DNA of 64,000 nt. It comes from Octopus vulgaris (Eukaryota). This document shows positions 39,620-51,918 of the stretch, in pieces; within the stretch, counting starts at the first letter, position 1, and the number at the start of each line of letters is the position of its first letter. A program made the translations under genes and the position numbers. Below the pieces are notes generated by a model. The model saw only the letters and a list, made by a program, of their open reading frames with translations. It searched no databases and had not been told where the DNA came from. Where the stretch lies: positions 22,506,001 to 22,570,000 of the forward strand of contig OX597824.1 in NCBI GenBank assembly GCA_951406725.2. The letters are read 5' to 3'.

Positions 39620-40085
39620 GACACTTGTGCATGTACGTGTGTGTGTGCGTGCGAGTATGTGAGCGCGTGTGTGAGTATATGTGTGTGTGAGAGCATGTGT
39701 GTGTATGCGTGTGTGTCAGCGTGCTTGCGTGTGTGTGTGTACATGTATGTTTGTGTGCATGTACGTGTGTGTGTGCGTGCGAGTATGCGTGCGCGTGTGT
39801 GAGTATATGTGTGTATGAGAGCATGTGTGTGTCAGCGTGCTTGCGTGTGTATGTGCGTGAGCATGTATGCGTGTGTGTGTGTGTGTACATGTATGTTTGT
39901 GTGCGAATGTGTGTGTGCATGTACTTATGTGTGTGTCTGTATGTGAGGGCGCGCGCGCGTACTTGTATGAGTATATTTTGTGTGTGCGTGTTGTGTGTGC
40001 GCCCGTGCATGCTTATGAGTGTGTGTGTGTGCATGTCTGTGTTTAAGTGTGTCTGTGTGAGCGTGTGCCCGTGGGTACGTGTGTG
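39620..40085. repeat. Degenerate (TG)n tract with an about 120-bp internal duplication
   Basis: Block at about 39626-39750 recurs at about 39755-39900. Confidence 0.75.
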
Positions 40086-40112
40086 CATCCCTCAGTTATT
40101 AGGCTGTCACTT

Positions 40113-40440
40113 GTGAGGGCGCGTGGCTTAGTGGTTAGGGCATTCGGCTCATGATCGTAAGGTTGTGAGTTCGATTCCCTCCGACACGTTGTGTCCTTGA
40201 GCAAGACACTTTATTTCACGTTGCTCCAGTCCACTCAGCTGGCAAAAATGAGTTGTACTTGTATTTCAAAGGGTCAGCATTGTCACTCTCTGTGTCACGC
40301 TGATTATCCCCGAGAACTACGTTAAGGGTACACGTGTCTGTGGAATGCTCAGCCATTTGCACGTTAATTTCACGAGCAAGCTGTTCCGTTGATCGTATCA
40401 GCTGGGACCCTCGTCGTCGTAACCGGCGGAGTCTTTTTTT
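40113..40440 (+). mobile_element. SINE family C with TSD TAGGCTGTCACTT
   Basis: 13-mer at 40100-40112 and 40441-40453. Near identical to 2189-2511. Confidence 0.9.
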
Positions 40441-40544
40441 TAGGCTGTCACTTCCAGTTTGATTTTTTAACTTGCAAGGGAGGTAACTGTCATCTACACT
40501 AACTAGAATTTTAAAATCAGAACTTTTACATGGAAGCATTTTTA

Positions 40545-40925
40545 TTTCATTTCATTTCATTTGAGTTTGAGTCCATGCTCAGGCCAAGTCGAAGACTCCA
40601 CCCTCAGAGTCTGGTGTGGTTGCCAGGTTGTATTCTCTGTTTAATTTTGACATGTGTAGGAGCGAGTTTGAGTCAGTTTGTGCTCGTTGTGTATATCCTG
40701 GGAGATGGGGTTCATCTCTAATGGTGTTTAAGTATCTATCCAGCTGCAATTTGAATGATTCCACACTGCATCCTGATAGATTTCTGACATGTACCGGAAT
40801 GGAGTTGAATAGTTGTGCTCCTCGAACCAACAGACTTGATTCTCGCAGGGATTTTTGCTGCCTGGCCAGCCTTTTTGTTGATTGGCGGTAGCTGGCAGCG
40901 TCTTCCGTGGCGCAGTGAGTGGTAT
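40545..40925 (-). mobile_element. CR1/Crack-type LINE 3' fragment with (AAATG)n tail
   Basis: RGAQLFNSIPVHVRNLSGCSVESFKLQLDRYLNTIRDEP...SNSLL C-terminal motif. Confidence 0.8.
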
Positions 40926-42440
40926 ATATTACCATTTTTAGAATCTGACAGATACGTCGACCATAAAATTGTAGCAACATCCATATTATCGCAACAGAAT
41001 TTTATTATACGTTGCATTATTATTAAACAGAAATGGCAGAGTTTTAGATGAAATGTTTTTGGAGTTTGTAGTTATTTCCCTTTGCACGAAGTTCAAATAA
41101 TGCCACATATGAACTTTGGTTAAATATAAATTATCAACGGATATATTTGAATCGATAACATAAGATTGGTTGATTGATATTATAAATGGGGATTATGAAA
41201 CGAAACCCCACTTCTCTGGAAGTCTTTTATTTGTTTGAGTATTGGACTGCGGCCACGCTGTAGCACCGGCTTGGAAGGCTTAAGTGAAACAAATCGAGCA
41301 CAGGACTTTTATCTTTTTAAAGCCTAGTACTAATTCTGTCGGTGCCTTTTGCCGAACCGCTTAGTTATGGAGACATAACACACCATCACCATTTGTCAAG
41401 TTGTGATAAGGAAATAAACACAGACACACACACACACGACGGGCTGAAGGCTTTGGTCAGCCCGAGGCTATAGCAGAAGAAACTTGCCCAAGGTGCCATG
41501 CAGTAGGAACCATGTGGTTGGGCAGCAAGCTTTTTACCACACACAGCCATGCCTGCGCCTATTCTGTCGGTCTTTTTTTAGTGGAACCGCTTATTTACAA
41601 GGATGTAAACAAACCAGCAACGGTTGTAAAACGGTAAGAGGACAGATACTAAATGTACGCACACACACACACACACACGCATATATGAGTGTGTATATGC
41701 ATGCATGTATATATGCATACCAAGGATTTGGGCGGCAAGGCTATAATCGAAGACTCTTGCCTGAGGTGCCATGCCGTGGGACTGAACTCAAAGCCATGTG
41801 ATTGGGAAGCAAATTCCTTACCGCACGGCCATACCTCAACCTGGATGTTATAAATCGTTGTCGTAGTAGCAGCAGCAGTAGTAGTAGTAGCAGTAGTAGT
41901 AGTAGTAGTAGTAGTAGTAGCAGCAGCAGCAGCAATAGCTGCAGGGACAGTAGTAGTAGTAGACAGTGGTGACGATGTGGAGGCGGCTGTGGACTATAAG
42001 GTGGTGGAGACTGTGGCTGAGGACAGCTGTCCGCTCCACCCTCAAGGCTGAAATAATGAATTCTTCCTTCCTCTTTATTCCCACCCCTACATCTTCCTCC
42101 TCTTTTCCTTTCTCTCTTTTTAACCCATTCTCCAGTCATTCCCTGATTGATTAATCAACATAGAAGAGAGAAAGAGAGAAATGCAGGGGACGATTAAATT
42201 TAATAAAATTTGACATAATTTAATCATGATTAAATAATGAATTAAGGTGCCGACTAAACCTTTGGTATACACACAAACATGCATGCATACAGCCATGCGT
42301 ACACACACTCACATGTGTGTGTGTGTGAGTGTGTGCACGTGGTTAGTATATGTTCTCTTACCACTTGAGAATTACTGCTTTGTTTAACATCCTTGTAAAT
42401 AAGCAGTTCTGGAAAAAAAAAAAAAAGACAAACAGAATAC

Positions 42441-42606
42441 ATAGGCGCAGGAGTGGCTGTGTGGTAAGTAGCTTGCTAACCAACCACGTGGGTCCGGGTT
42501 CAGTCCCACTGCGTGGCATTTTGGGCAAGTGTCTTCTGCTATAGCCCCGGGCCGACCAATGCCTTGTGAGTGGATTTGGTAGATGGAAACTGAAAGAAGC
42601 CTGTCG

Positions 42607-42639
<33 letters not shown>

Positions 42640-42855
42640 ATGTTTGTGTGTCTGTGTTTGTCCCCCTAGCATTGCTTGACAACCGATGCTGGTGTGTTTA
42701 CGTCCCCGTAACTTAAAGGTTCAGCAAAAGAGACTGATAGAATAAATGCTAGGCTTACAAAGAATAAGTCCCAGGGTCGATTTGCTCGACTAAAGGCGGT
42801 GCTCCAGCATGGCCACAGTCAAATGACTGAAACAAGTAAAAGAGAGTAAAAGAGT
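42441..42855 (+). mobile_element. SINE family A, full length
   Basis: Matches 19977. Confidence 0.9.
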
Positions 42856-44004
42856 ATGCCATATTTTAAAAAAATAAGAGTACTAGGGCCTATTTGTTTG
42901 ACTAAAACCTTCGAAGCTGGTGCTCCAGCATGGCCACAGTCCAATGAGTGAAACAAACAAATGGCCACCAGGAGAAGGAGATTTTGTTTTACAATTTTCC
43001 ATTTAAAATCTCAATCAACCAATCTTATGTAATCGATTATATCGATCCAAATATATCCATTGATAATTCATGCTAATCAAAGTTGGTAGAACCATTAGCA
43101 CATTGGTCAAAAGTGTTTATCAGAATTTCTTCTGGTACTTTACATTCTGAGTTCAAATCTTGCCAATGTCAACTTTGCTTTCTGTCTTTTCAGGGTCAAT
43201 AAAATAAGTACCAGTCAAGTACTGTTGTTGAGGATGTAAACAAACTAACACCAGTTGTCATGCAATGATGGAGATAATGATAAGGACTATTGAACCAGAA
43301 ACAAATGTTCACGACAGCCCTGTCGTTTCTAGACGATAATTCTGTCCTTTTTCTCTTTAATGGCATGTCAGTATTGGAGAATTTTTTATTCTTGCAATTG
43401 TCTCCCCTTCTCAAGTGAAGGCAGTCTTAATTGTTGATCGGTAATTAGGACGCATCCTCTAGAGGCAGTGATAATTTTAATAAATGGAGAATTTAATGTG
43501 GCAGGCTGGTAGAATCATTAGCACACCAGGCGAAATACCTAGTAGCATTGCGTTGGTCTATATGTTCTGAGTTCAAATTCCACCGAGGTCCACTTTACCT
43601 TTCATCCGTTCAGATGTTGTATGTTGGGAAGACTTTGTGCCAATAATAAACACACACACTGGTTCTATTTTACTTCTTTATTTTTATTTATCAATAAATT
43701 AACCATTTCACCAGTTAACTAATTGATCGTTTGATCAATCATCCAAATAAATCAATCAGAGTCCCACAAGCAGCCTTGGAGTTCCCCATTCCAAAAGCTA
43801 TTATGACACATTCTACATGCTATTATTTATAGATTTAACTAAGGCAGGCAGCTAGCTGGGCCATTAGTATGCCAGACTAAATGCTCGGTGGTATTTTGTC
43901 TGTCTTTACATTCTGAGTTAATATTTCGAAATTAGACTTTGAATTAGACCTGATATTTTCAGTCACTGTTCCTTATTTTTGAAGCAAGTCAGAAAATGCT
44001 AGGC

Positions 44005-44390
44005 TCTTTTACTTGTTTCAGTCATTTGACTGCGGCCATGCTGGAGCACCACCTTTAGTCGAGCAAATCAACCCCGGGACTTATTCTTTGTAAGCCCAGT
44101 ACTTATTCTATTGGCCTCTTTTGCCGAACTGCTAAGTGACGGGGACGTAAACACACCAGCATCGGTTGTCAAGCAATGCTAGAGGTACAAAAACAGACAC
44201 GCAAACACACACATACATATATATACGACAGGCTTCTTTCAGTTTCCGTCTACCAAATCCACTCACAGGGCATTGGTCGGCCCGGGGCTATAGCAGAAGA
44301 CACTTGCCCAAGATGCCACGCAGTGGGACTGAACCCGGAACCATGTGGTTGGTTAGCAAGCTACTTACCACACAGCCACTCCTGCGCCTA
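44005..44390 (-). mobile_element. SINE family A, full length
   Basis: Matches 19977. Confidence 0.9.
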
Positions 44391-44539
44391 TAAAGTCGAC
44401 CTCGGCGGAATTTGAACTCAGAATGTAATGGCAGACGAAATACGGCTAAGCATTTCGCCCAGCATGCTAACGTTTCTGCCAGCTCGCCAAAACTTCAAGG
44501 TTTTTAAGGCTCTTTATGAGTGCATATATATTGTCAATA

Positions 44540-45630
44540 AACTAAGCTGAGGTTGACTTTGCCTTTCATACTTAATAAAATAAGTACCAGTTGCATACTG
44601 GGGTTGATGTAATCGACTTAACCTGCTCCCTGAAATTGATGGACTTGTGCCAAAATTTGAAATCATTGCTTACAGCTCTAAGGTGGTGAACTGGCAGAGC
44701 CATTAATATGCTGAGCAAATTGCTTAGAGGTGTTTTGTCTGTCTTTATGTTCCGTGTTCAAAATTTCACCAAGGTGAACTTTTTCCTTTTCTCCCTTTCA
44801 GGATTGATAAAATAAGCACCAGTTAGGTACTGGGGTCGAAGTAATTGACTTACTCCCTCCCTGAAAATTGCTGGCCTTGTGCCAAAATTTGAAACCTATT
44901 ATTTATAGCTTTAACTAAGGCTGTGAATGGGTCAGTTCATTAGTACACTGGACAAAATGCTTGACAGCATTTCTTCTGTTTTTAATGGTGGAACTTGAAG
45001 TAGATAAAGCTATAAAGAATAGCATATAAATATTGGGTAAAAGAAAACAGACCCTTTTAACTTGAACCCATTTCTTCAGTAAACATAACAGATGTTCAAA
45101 ATTCTGCTAAGGTTAACTTAGCCTTTCATCTTTTCGGAGTCGATAAAATAATGACCAGTAGAGCACTGGGGTTGATGCAATTAACTTAATCCCAACCCAA
45201 AAACTGCTGGCCTTGTGCCAAAATTTGAAACCGATAATTTATAGCTCTAACTAAGGCTGTGAGCTGGCAGGTTGGTTAGCTCACTAGACAAAATGATTAG
45301 CCTTTCATGATTGATAAAATAAGTACCAGTTACGCACTGGAGTCGGTGTAATCGACTTAACCCCCTCCCTGAAATTGTTGGACTTGTGCCAAAATTTGAA
45401 ATCATTATTTACAGCTCTAACTAATGTGGTGAACTGGTAAAATACTTCAATGTATTTCGTCTATCTTTACGTTCCGAGTTCAAAATTCCACCAAGGTCAA
45501 CTTTGCCTTTCATCCCTTTCGGGGTTGATAAAATAAGTACCAGTTGTGTACTGGTGTTGACATAATTGACTTAATCCCTCCCTCAAAGTTGCTGATTTTG
45601 TGCCGAAATTTGAAACCCATTTTTTATAGT
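44540..45630 (+). repeat. SINE-B-derived tandem array, about five units
   Basis: Repeating ...TTGTGCCAAAATTTGAAA..TAYAGCTCTAA(CTAA)GG.. junctions at about 44650, 44880, 45220, 45390 and 45600. Confidence 0.8.
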
Positions 45631-45909
45631 TTTTAGCAAATCAAGTTCAACATTTTATTTCATGTCTCTCAACAGTTCTTAATTCTTTGGACATAAACAA
45701 TGTTTCAACACCAGAGAAATTCAGAGAATTGCTTTGGCCCAATGGAAGAACATCTATTATGTTTACTGAAGATGTGGGTTCAAGTTCTACTGACAGGCTT
45801 CAACTTTTTCTATCAAAAGGGTTTTTTTTTTACCCAATATTTATATGCTATTCTTTAGAGCTTTATCTACTTCAAGTTCCACCATAAAAAACAAATTTTA
45901 TATAGGAGT

Positions 45910-46250
45910 AAAGGTGCATGGCTCAGTGGTTAGCGTGTCGGGCTCACAGTCATGAGGTAGTGAGTTCAATTCCTGGACCGGGCTGTGTGTTGCATTCTTG
46001 AGCAAGATACTTTATTTCATATTGGTCCAGTTCACTCAGCTGTAGAAATGAGTTGTGACATCACTGGTGCCAAACTGTATCGGCCCTTGCCTTTCCATTG
46101 GATAGCATCAGTGGCGTGAAGAAGAGGCTGATATGCATGGATGACTGCTGGTCTTCCATGAACAACCTTGCCCGGACGTGCACCTCAGAAGGGATCTTTC
46201 TAGGTGCAATCTCATGGTCATTCATGACCGAAAGGGATCTTTACCTTTTA
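45910..46250 (+). mobile_element. SINE family C
   Basis: Same tail as 29865. Confidence 0.8.
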
Positions 46251-46749
46251 CTCTTTCCCCTATGGACAGGAACAAAAAATACTGACTTAAACAAAAGGAA
46301 AAAAAAAAACAAGAGACGAAAAAGAAAAAAGGAACACAAAATTAATATTATCATTTTTATTAATATCGTTATCATTACATTAACAAATCGGGGTGTGTGT
46401 TGCATTCAATATGTGTATAAAGTATGTAGTTTGTTTTAATTTTCCTTGTCCATATGCTATCAAATGTTCTGGTTAAAATCACATTGTTTAAAGTATTTGT
46501 TGGGCTGTTGGTCATAGCCACAGTCATAATTATAGTCAAACTCATACACACATATACACAACACTCACAGGTGCACACATGCACACGGTCATCTACAAGC
46601 ATACACACACACACACACACACACAGATACACACTGCTTGAAGATTTACAGATATATCTGATACAAACCTGCTCTTTACCAAACTGCAAGACAACAGTTT
46701 ATTTTGCCATTGCCTGCACAAATGAATATATTGCTTTATACATATAGAT

Positions 46750-46788
<39 letters not shown>

Positions 46789-47449
46789 TTTGCATGTATA
46801 AGCCTGCCTGCATATATATGTGTGAGTGCACATGTATTGAAACATATACATCTAAACGTTTATACATATACACCTGTATAGATGTGTGTGTGCATATGTA
46901 TATACACACAGATACATGTACACACCTCTTAATTTCATTCCTCCACGTCTTTATTTATTTTTTTTTTTGTCTTTTTCCATTTCTTTTCTATTTGAGATAA
47001 TTCAAATTGCCCTCCTATTTGTCCATAGTCTTAAGTATGAAAGAATGAGAGAAAACCTCATGCATACACACACACTCAGGCACACCTGCGCACACACTCT
47101 TACACACCCTTGCATCTACACAATTTAGAATACAGAACAAACCAGCGTGGACCTTTAACCCTTAATATTCAAACTGGCCCTATCTGGCCCACATATTCTA
47201 CCTGTGTTTTTTTGGGGGGTTTTTTGGGGGGCTCAAATCATCCAGACCCAGCCTCTCGTACCTACCTACCCCAACAATCACATCATCAAAATTTCAAAGT
47301 TATGAGATGATGCATGATTGATTTGAAACAATGCGAATAAATAAACATATCTGACAGAGTGATCTGAACGCTGAAGAGTAAAACCATGAAACATATGAAG
47401 CATTATATTCAAACATGAATACATGTGCATATACATATATACATATGTA

Positions 47450-47760
47450 TATGGAGGCGCAATGGCCTAGTGGTTAGGGTAGCGGACTCGCGGTCGTAGG
47501 ATCGCGGTTTCGATTCCCAGACCGGGCATTGAGAGTGTTTATTGAGCGAAAACACCTAAAAAAAAAAAAAAAAAAGCTCTACGAGGCTCCGGCAGGGGGT
47601 GGTGATCCCTGCTGTACTCTTTCTCCCACTCTTTCTTCTGTTGGCCTGCTCGCTTAGCCAGCGGGGTGGCGTCATTCGAAGGCTAAAAACAATGCGAACG
47701 CATTGTGACCAGCGATGTGTAACTACATCTGATGGACTGGTCGGTCACGTGATGGTGATG
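47450..47760 (+). mobile_element. SINE, head shared with 20428, different tail
   Basis: GGAGGCGCAATGGCCTAGTGGTTAGGG...GGTTTCGATTCC head. Confidence 0.8.
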
Positions 47761-48248
47761 ACATGTATAATATAAATAAATAAATGGAGCTTAACGCAGG
47801 TGTAATTCAAATACTTACAAAGAGTTACAACCTCTTTACTTGTGTGATTTTTTGCTACCCTGGTAACTATTTATCTATTTTTTCCGTGTTAATAGTTAAC
47901 AAGGGAAAAATACACACATCTATTTATGTATACATATGTAAATATATATGCACATACATACAAAACCTGCAGACATACATACATATATACACATATATAC
48001 ATACATGTAATCACCTAATTAGAGAAATACAGCATAAAGAGATATTTCACAATAAGTGTTTTGTACATACGCATACTTGCTTATATCTATAGACATTCAG
48101 TAACAAACACACAAATGCACACACACACACACACACACACAGACAAACTAACACACATACATGCATACATAGAAATAAATCAACGTAAAATTGTAAGACA
48201 CATGTTAATAACTTCAAAGTTGTTAAAAGACATTATCAACTAAATTAT

Positions 48249-48297
<49 letters not shown>

Positions 48298-48359
48298 GTT
48301 ATGTAAGTATCTATAAATATATTTCTCATGTGTGTGTGTGTGCTGTGTGTGTATACATG

Positions 48360-48399
<40 letters not shown>

Positions 48400-48500
48400 T
48401 ATCCCTGTGTACAACTATCTCATCTCTCTCTCTCTATACATATATATATATATATTGACCAACCCATGCCACCATGAAAAGCAGATATTAAATGATGATG

Positions 48501-48548
<48 letters not shown>

Positions 48549-48589
48549 GTATACATATATACATGTGTAAGGTTATAGTTCAAATTTAC

Positions 48590-49860
48590 AGAAAACAAAT
48601 GATGAAGACAGGTGAACAGCAAGCAGGTGTATTAGTTTGATGCTCAGGAAGAGTGGAAAAGTCTTTGATGTTTTGAGCCTGCACTCTTTGTCAGAAAAAA
48701 CAGAGAGGAAAAAACGGATAGAAAAGAAAATGCATAGGGATTAACACAGTTCAACATAATGAAATAACCAGAAGAAAGAGGTAGTGGAAGGGAGATAATA
48801 ATGATGACCCCAGCTGAACTAGAGAGCACAAGCATGTGTGTGGATGTAAGTATGGTGGGTGTGAGTGTATATGTGTGTGAATGGGGATGAGTGCATGTAA
48901 CTGTATGTGTGGGTGAGCTTAAAATAATGTGGGCCTGTGTGTATGTATGAGATTGTGTGTGTGTATGTGTATAAGTAACTTAGTGCAAACATTGTGTAGA
49001 GTGAGGTGCATTTGAGTGTGTGTGTGTGTGTGTGTGTGATTGTGCATATGGACATGTCTATACATGTGTGGGGCTGTGTGTAGTACGTGTGTGAGTGGTG
49101 TGTGTGGAGTGGGAAGATGAGCATAAGTATATGTTCATGTGAGTGCGTTTGTAATGGTGTGTGATGTGAATACTGAGTTGAACAGTGTGTATGGGTGTTT
49201 GCACAATGGTGGTGTGGTGAGAGTACTGAGTTGGATGGTGTACAGATATGGGGGTGGAAGGTAGGTTAAAGGTGGGAGGTGTGTGGAAATATGTGTGGGG
49301 TTGGTTTTAGCTGAAGAGAGATGGTGAATTAAGGCCATAAGGAGCAAAGAAATGAAGGGAAAAGATTAATTCTTGTTTACGGCAGAGGCAGGGGTGGTAG
49401 TGGCCTCTGTGCAAAACGTTAAACAGTTCGAACACAGAGAGATGTTGAGAAGTGATGTGAGGCTGAGGTGTCATTGCCAAGTCTGATGTCTCAGAGGTGC
49501 TCAGTGAACCAGTTGGCTAAGCAGCATCCCGTTTGACCAATGTATAAGAAAAGACGGGGAGAGAGAGAGAGATGCAGTGACATTGCTAGAGGTGCAGGTA
49601 AAAGTGTTGGTGATGTAATAGGGTATGTGGGGGGTACCAGTGAGGATAGTGGTGTTGGAGAGGGAGGGACAGATGCAACAGCATATGCAAGACAGGAAAA
49701 GGAACCAGGTTGGGTGGCAAGGGCAGTTTGGATAATGGTGGGTGAGGAGATATCCACATAAGGAGATTGAAGTGGCAAGCCATGTGTTGAGACTGGGTCT
49801 CAAAGACATGGTCATCACTGCAGATATGGCATAGATGGAGGAACTGGGAGTAGGGGATGG
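48590..49860 (-). pseudogene. Penelope-like element 3' remnant: GIY-YIG endonuclease and pLTR with decayed hammerhead
   Basis: NTFTCTSSNV...LYIGQTGCCLANWFTEHL and QELIFSLHFFAPYGLN. CTGACAA-AGAGTGCAGGCTC-AAAAC at about 48668-48694. Confidence 0.75.
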
Positions 49861-50076
49861 ACAGTTCAGTGTGGGTAGGGTGGGAGAAAGAGGTAAATAT
49901 ATTTATGTATAAATAAACATATATGAAAATATATATATATGGATAAAACAATACCAAATTCTGGTGCCTTTAACTTAAGTACCATATTCATCTGAATCTA
50001 AATTTTTGCTATATATATATGTATATATATTTATGTATGTATAACCTATTTCCCTGTCAATCAATCTTTTAGACTT

Positions 50077-50517
50077 ATGGCTATGACCTCCATTCCTCAG
50101 AATCTGCTAACCACAATCCTGTATAAACCAGCCACATTCAAAAGTACCCTTGGCAAAATCATCCTCTTGACTTCTTTCTCTTTACCACACTTTGGAGCAT
50201 TTTATACTAAATTAACACGTTATCAAATCTTTTAACCCATCCTACCACACATCTCCTTCAAGAAACTGTGTCACTCCGCAGGACTTCCTGAAGATCATTC
50301 ACTCACCATTCCTTCTCCTCCACCTCAACCACAGGCTTTCAAGAGTTCAAACTGGACCATTTTTAATAATTGCACCAGCTTCACCTTGTTAAGCCTACAC
50401 CTTACTCATAGTTCTGGAAAACACACACACATATACATACATATATGCATATCTATCTATATATATATTTGTTTTGTACACCACCTGTCTTCGTCTTGTT
50501 TTTTTCGTGAACTCTCC

Positions 50518-50567
<50 letters not shown>

Positions 50568-50907
50568 GCACATATGCATACATACACATATACAGAAAAA
50601 CATATACATAGTATTTTTTCCTCATTAGTAACATTATCCTCTGAATCAGGTACTGAATGTATGTAGGTTTTTTTATCATAGCAGAAACCTCCTCCTCATA
50701 ACACACACACACACACAAAGTACAAAATTGGGTTCAGAGAATCAAGTAGAACTCACAGAAAGCACTCTTACAAGGCTATTCAGTTAATAGTAATTCTACT
50801 ATGATGTGATTTAACTTGTTCATGCAACCCAATATCTAAGATACCCAAGTAGTAAATTATATTCAGAATCTCTCATACTTCCTGATTTTGTGATTTTATA
50901 TGTATAC

Positions 50908-50948
<41 letters not shown>

Positions 50949-51172
50949 TATACACACACATGTATTTTGGGAGTTTTTTTTTTTTTTTACATCCACTTCA
51001 CTAAGGTTTTTATATAGTTGTATGGTAAATTGGATGGAACAAGTATTTTTATGGTTGGACGGTTGTGCCCTTTTCCCCAAGGACCACTCAACGGTAACAA
51101 TGTAAGGAGCAGAATATGTTGTCATTTCATTTCATTATATTTTTGTCAGCCAGGCAAACTGGAGCAAGCAAA
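50077..51172 (-). repeat. Inverted copy of 12089-13490
   Basis: Reverse-complement match at both ends and throughout. Confidence 0.92.
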
Positions 51173-51887
51173 GTTATGTCCCTTGCTGAATGATACAATT
51201 TACACAGACTAGCTGCATTGGCTAAGTCTGAACCCATAACCAGGGCCACTTTAACAGCAATATAGTCCCCACTACCAACACCAATTTCTTGACAAACCAG
51301 TGCACTGGACCCTATAACATACATAGATCAGCTGGGACCCTCGCTGTCATAACCGACAGAGTGCTCCTACCTACTATAATACTGGGGTAAGGAAATGAAC
51401 TGACCTAGTGAATGAAAAAGTGGGTTAAATGACAGGTTCATATCAGCTTACCAATTTATACCCTCTAGACAAAAGCAGGTACCAATAGGAGATGTACTTA
51501 ACAATAATAAGCAGGAAGTACTGTTTGGGTAATGGTGGGAGCTTGAAGTAATTTACAAGTGTCTCATCACCTTGTAGTACCAAGTTAATAGTTTCTTTTT
51601 GTTTTTCTTTATATTCAGAGGTAAGGAGAGAGAGAGAGAGAGAGAGAGAGAGACAAAGAGAGAGAGGCAGGCAGGCAGATAACAGACCTATCAGTCACTA
51701 AGTACTACAAAGAGTGCGTTATGTAATAGTCTTTGATCAATATAGATACATCAAAGATATATGAAACATTAAACAAATTGATCGGACGTAGATCAATAAC
51801 ATCAGTTATTTATTAAAACTATAAATTAAGCCATCAAAGACATAATTTGATAAATAAAACCTATATCATCATCATCATCATCATTAC

Positions 51888-51918
<31 letters not shown>

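Noticed and set aside
41741-42139. Poly-Leu ORF resembling a membrane protein
   Set aside because: (TAG/CAG)n microsatellite adjoining a SINE relic.
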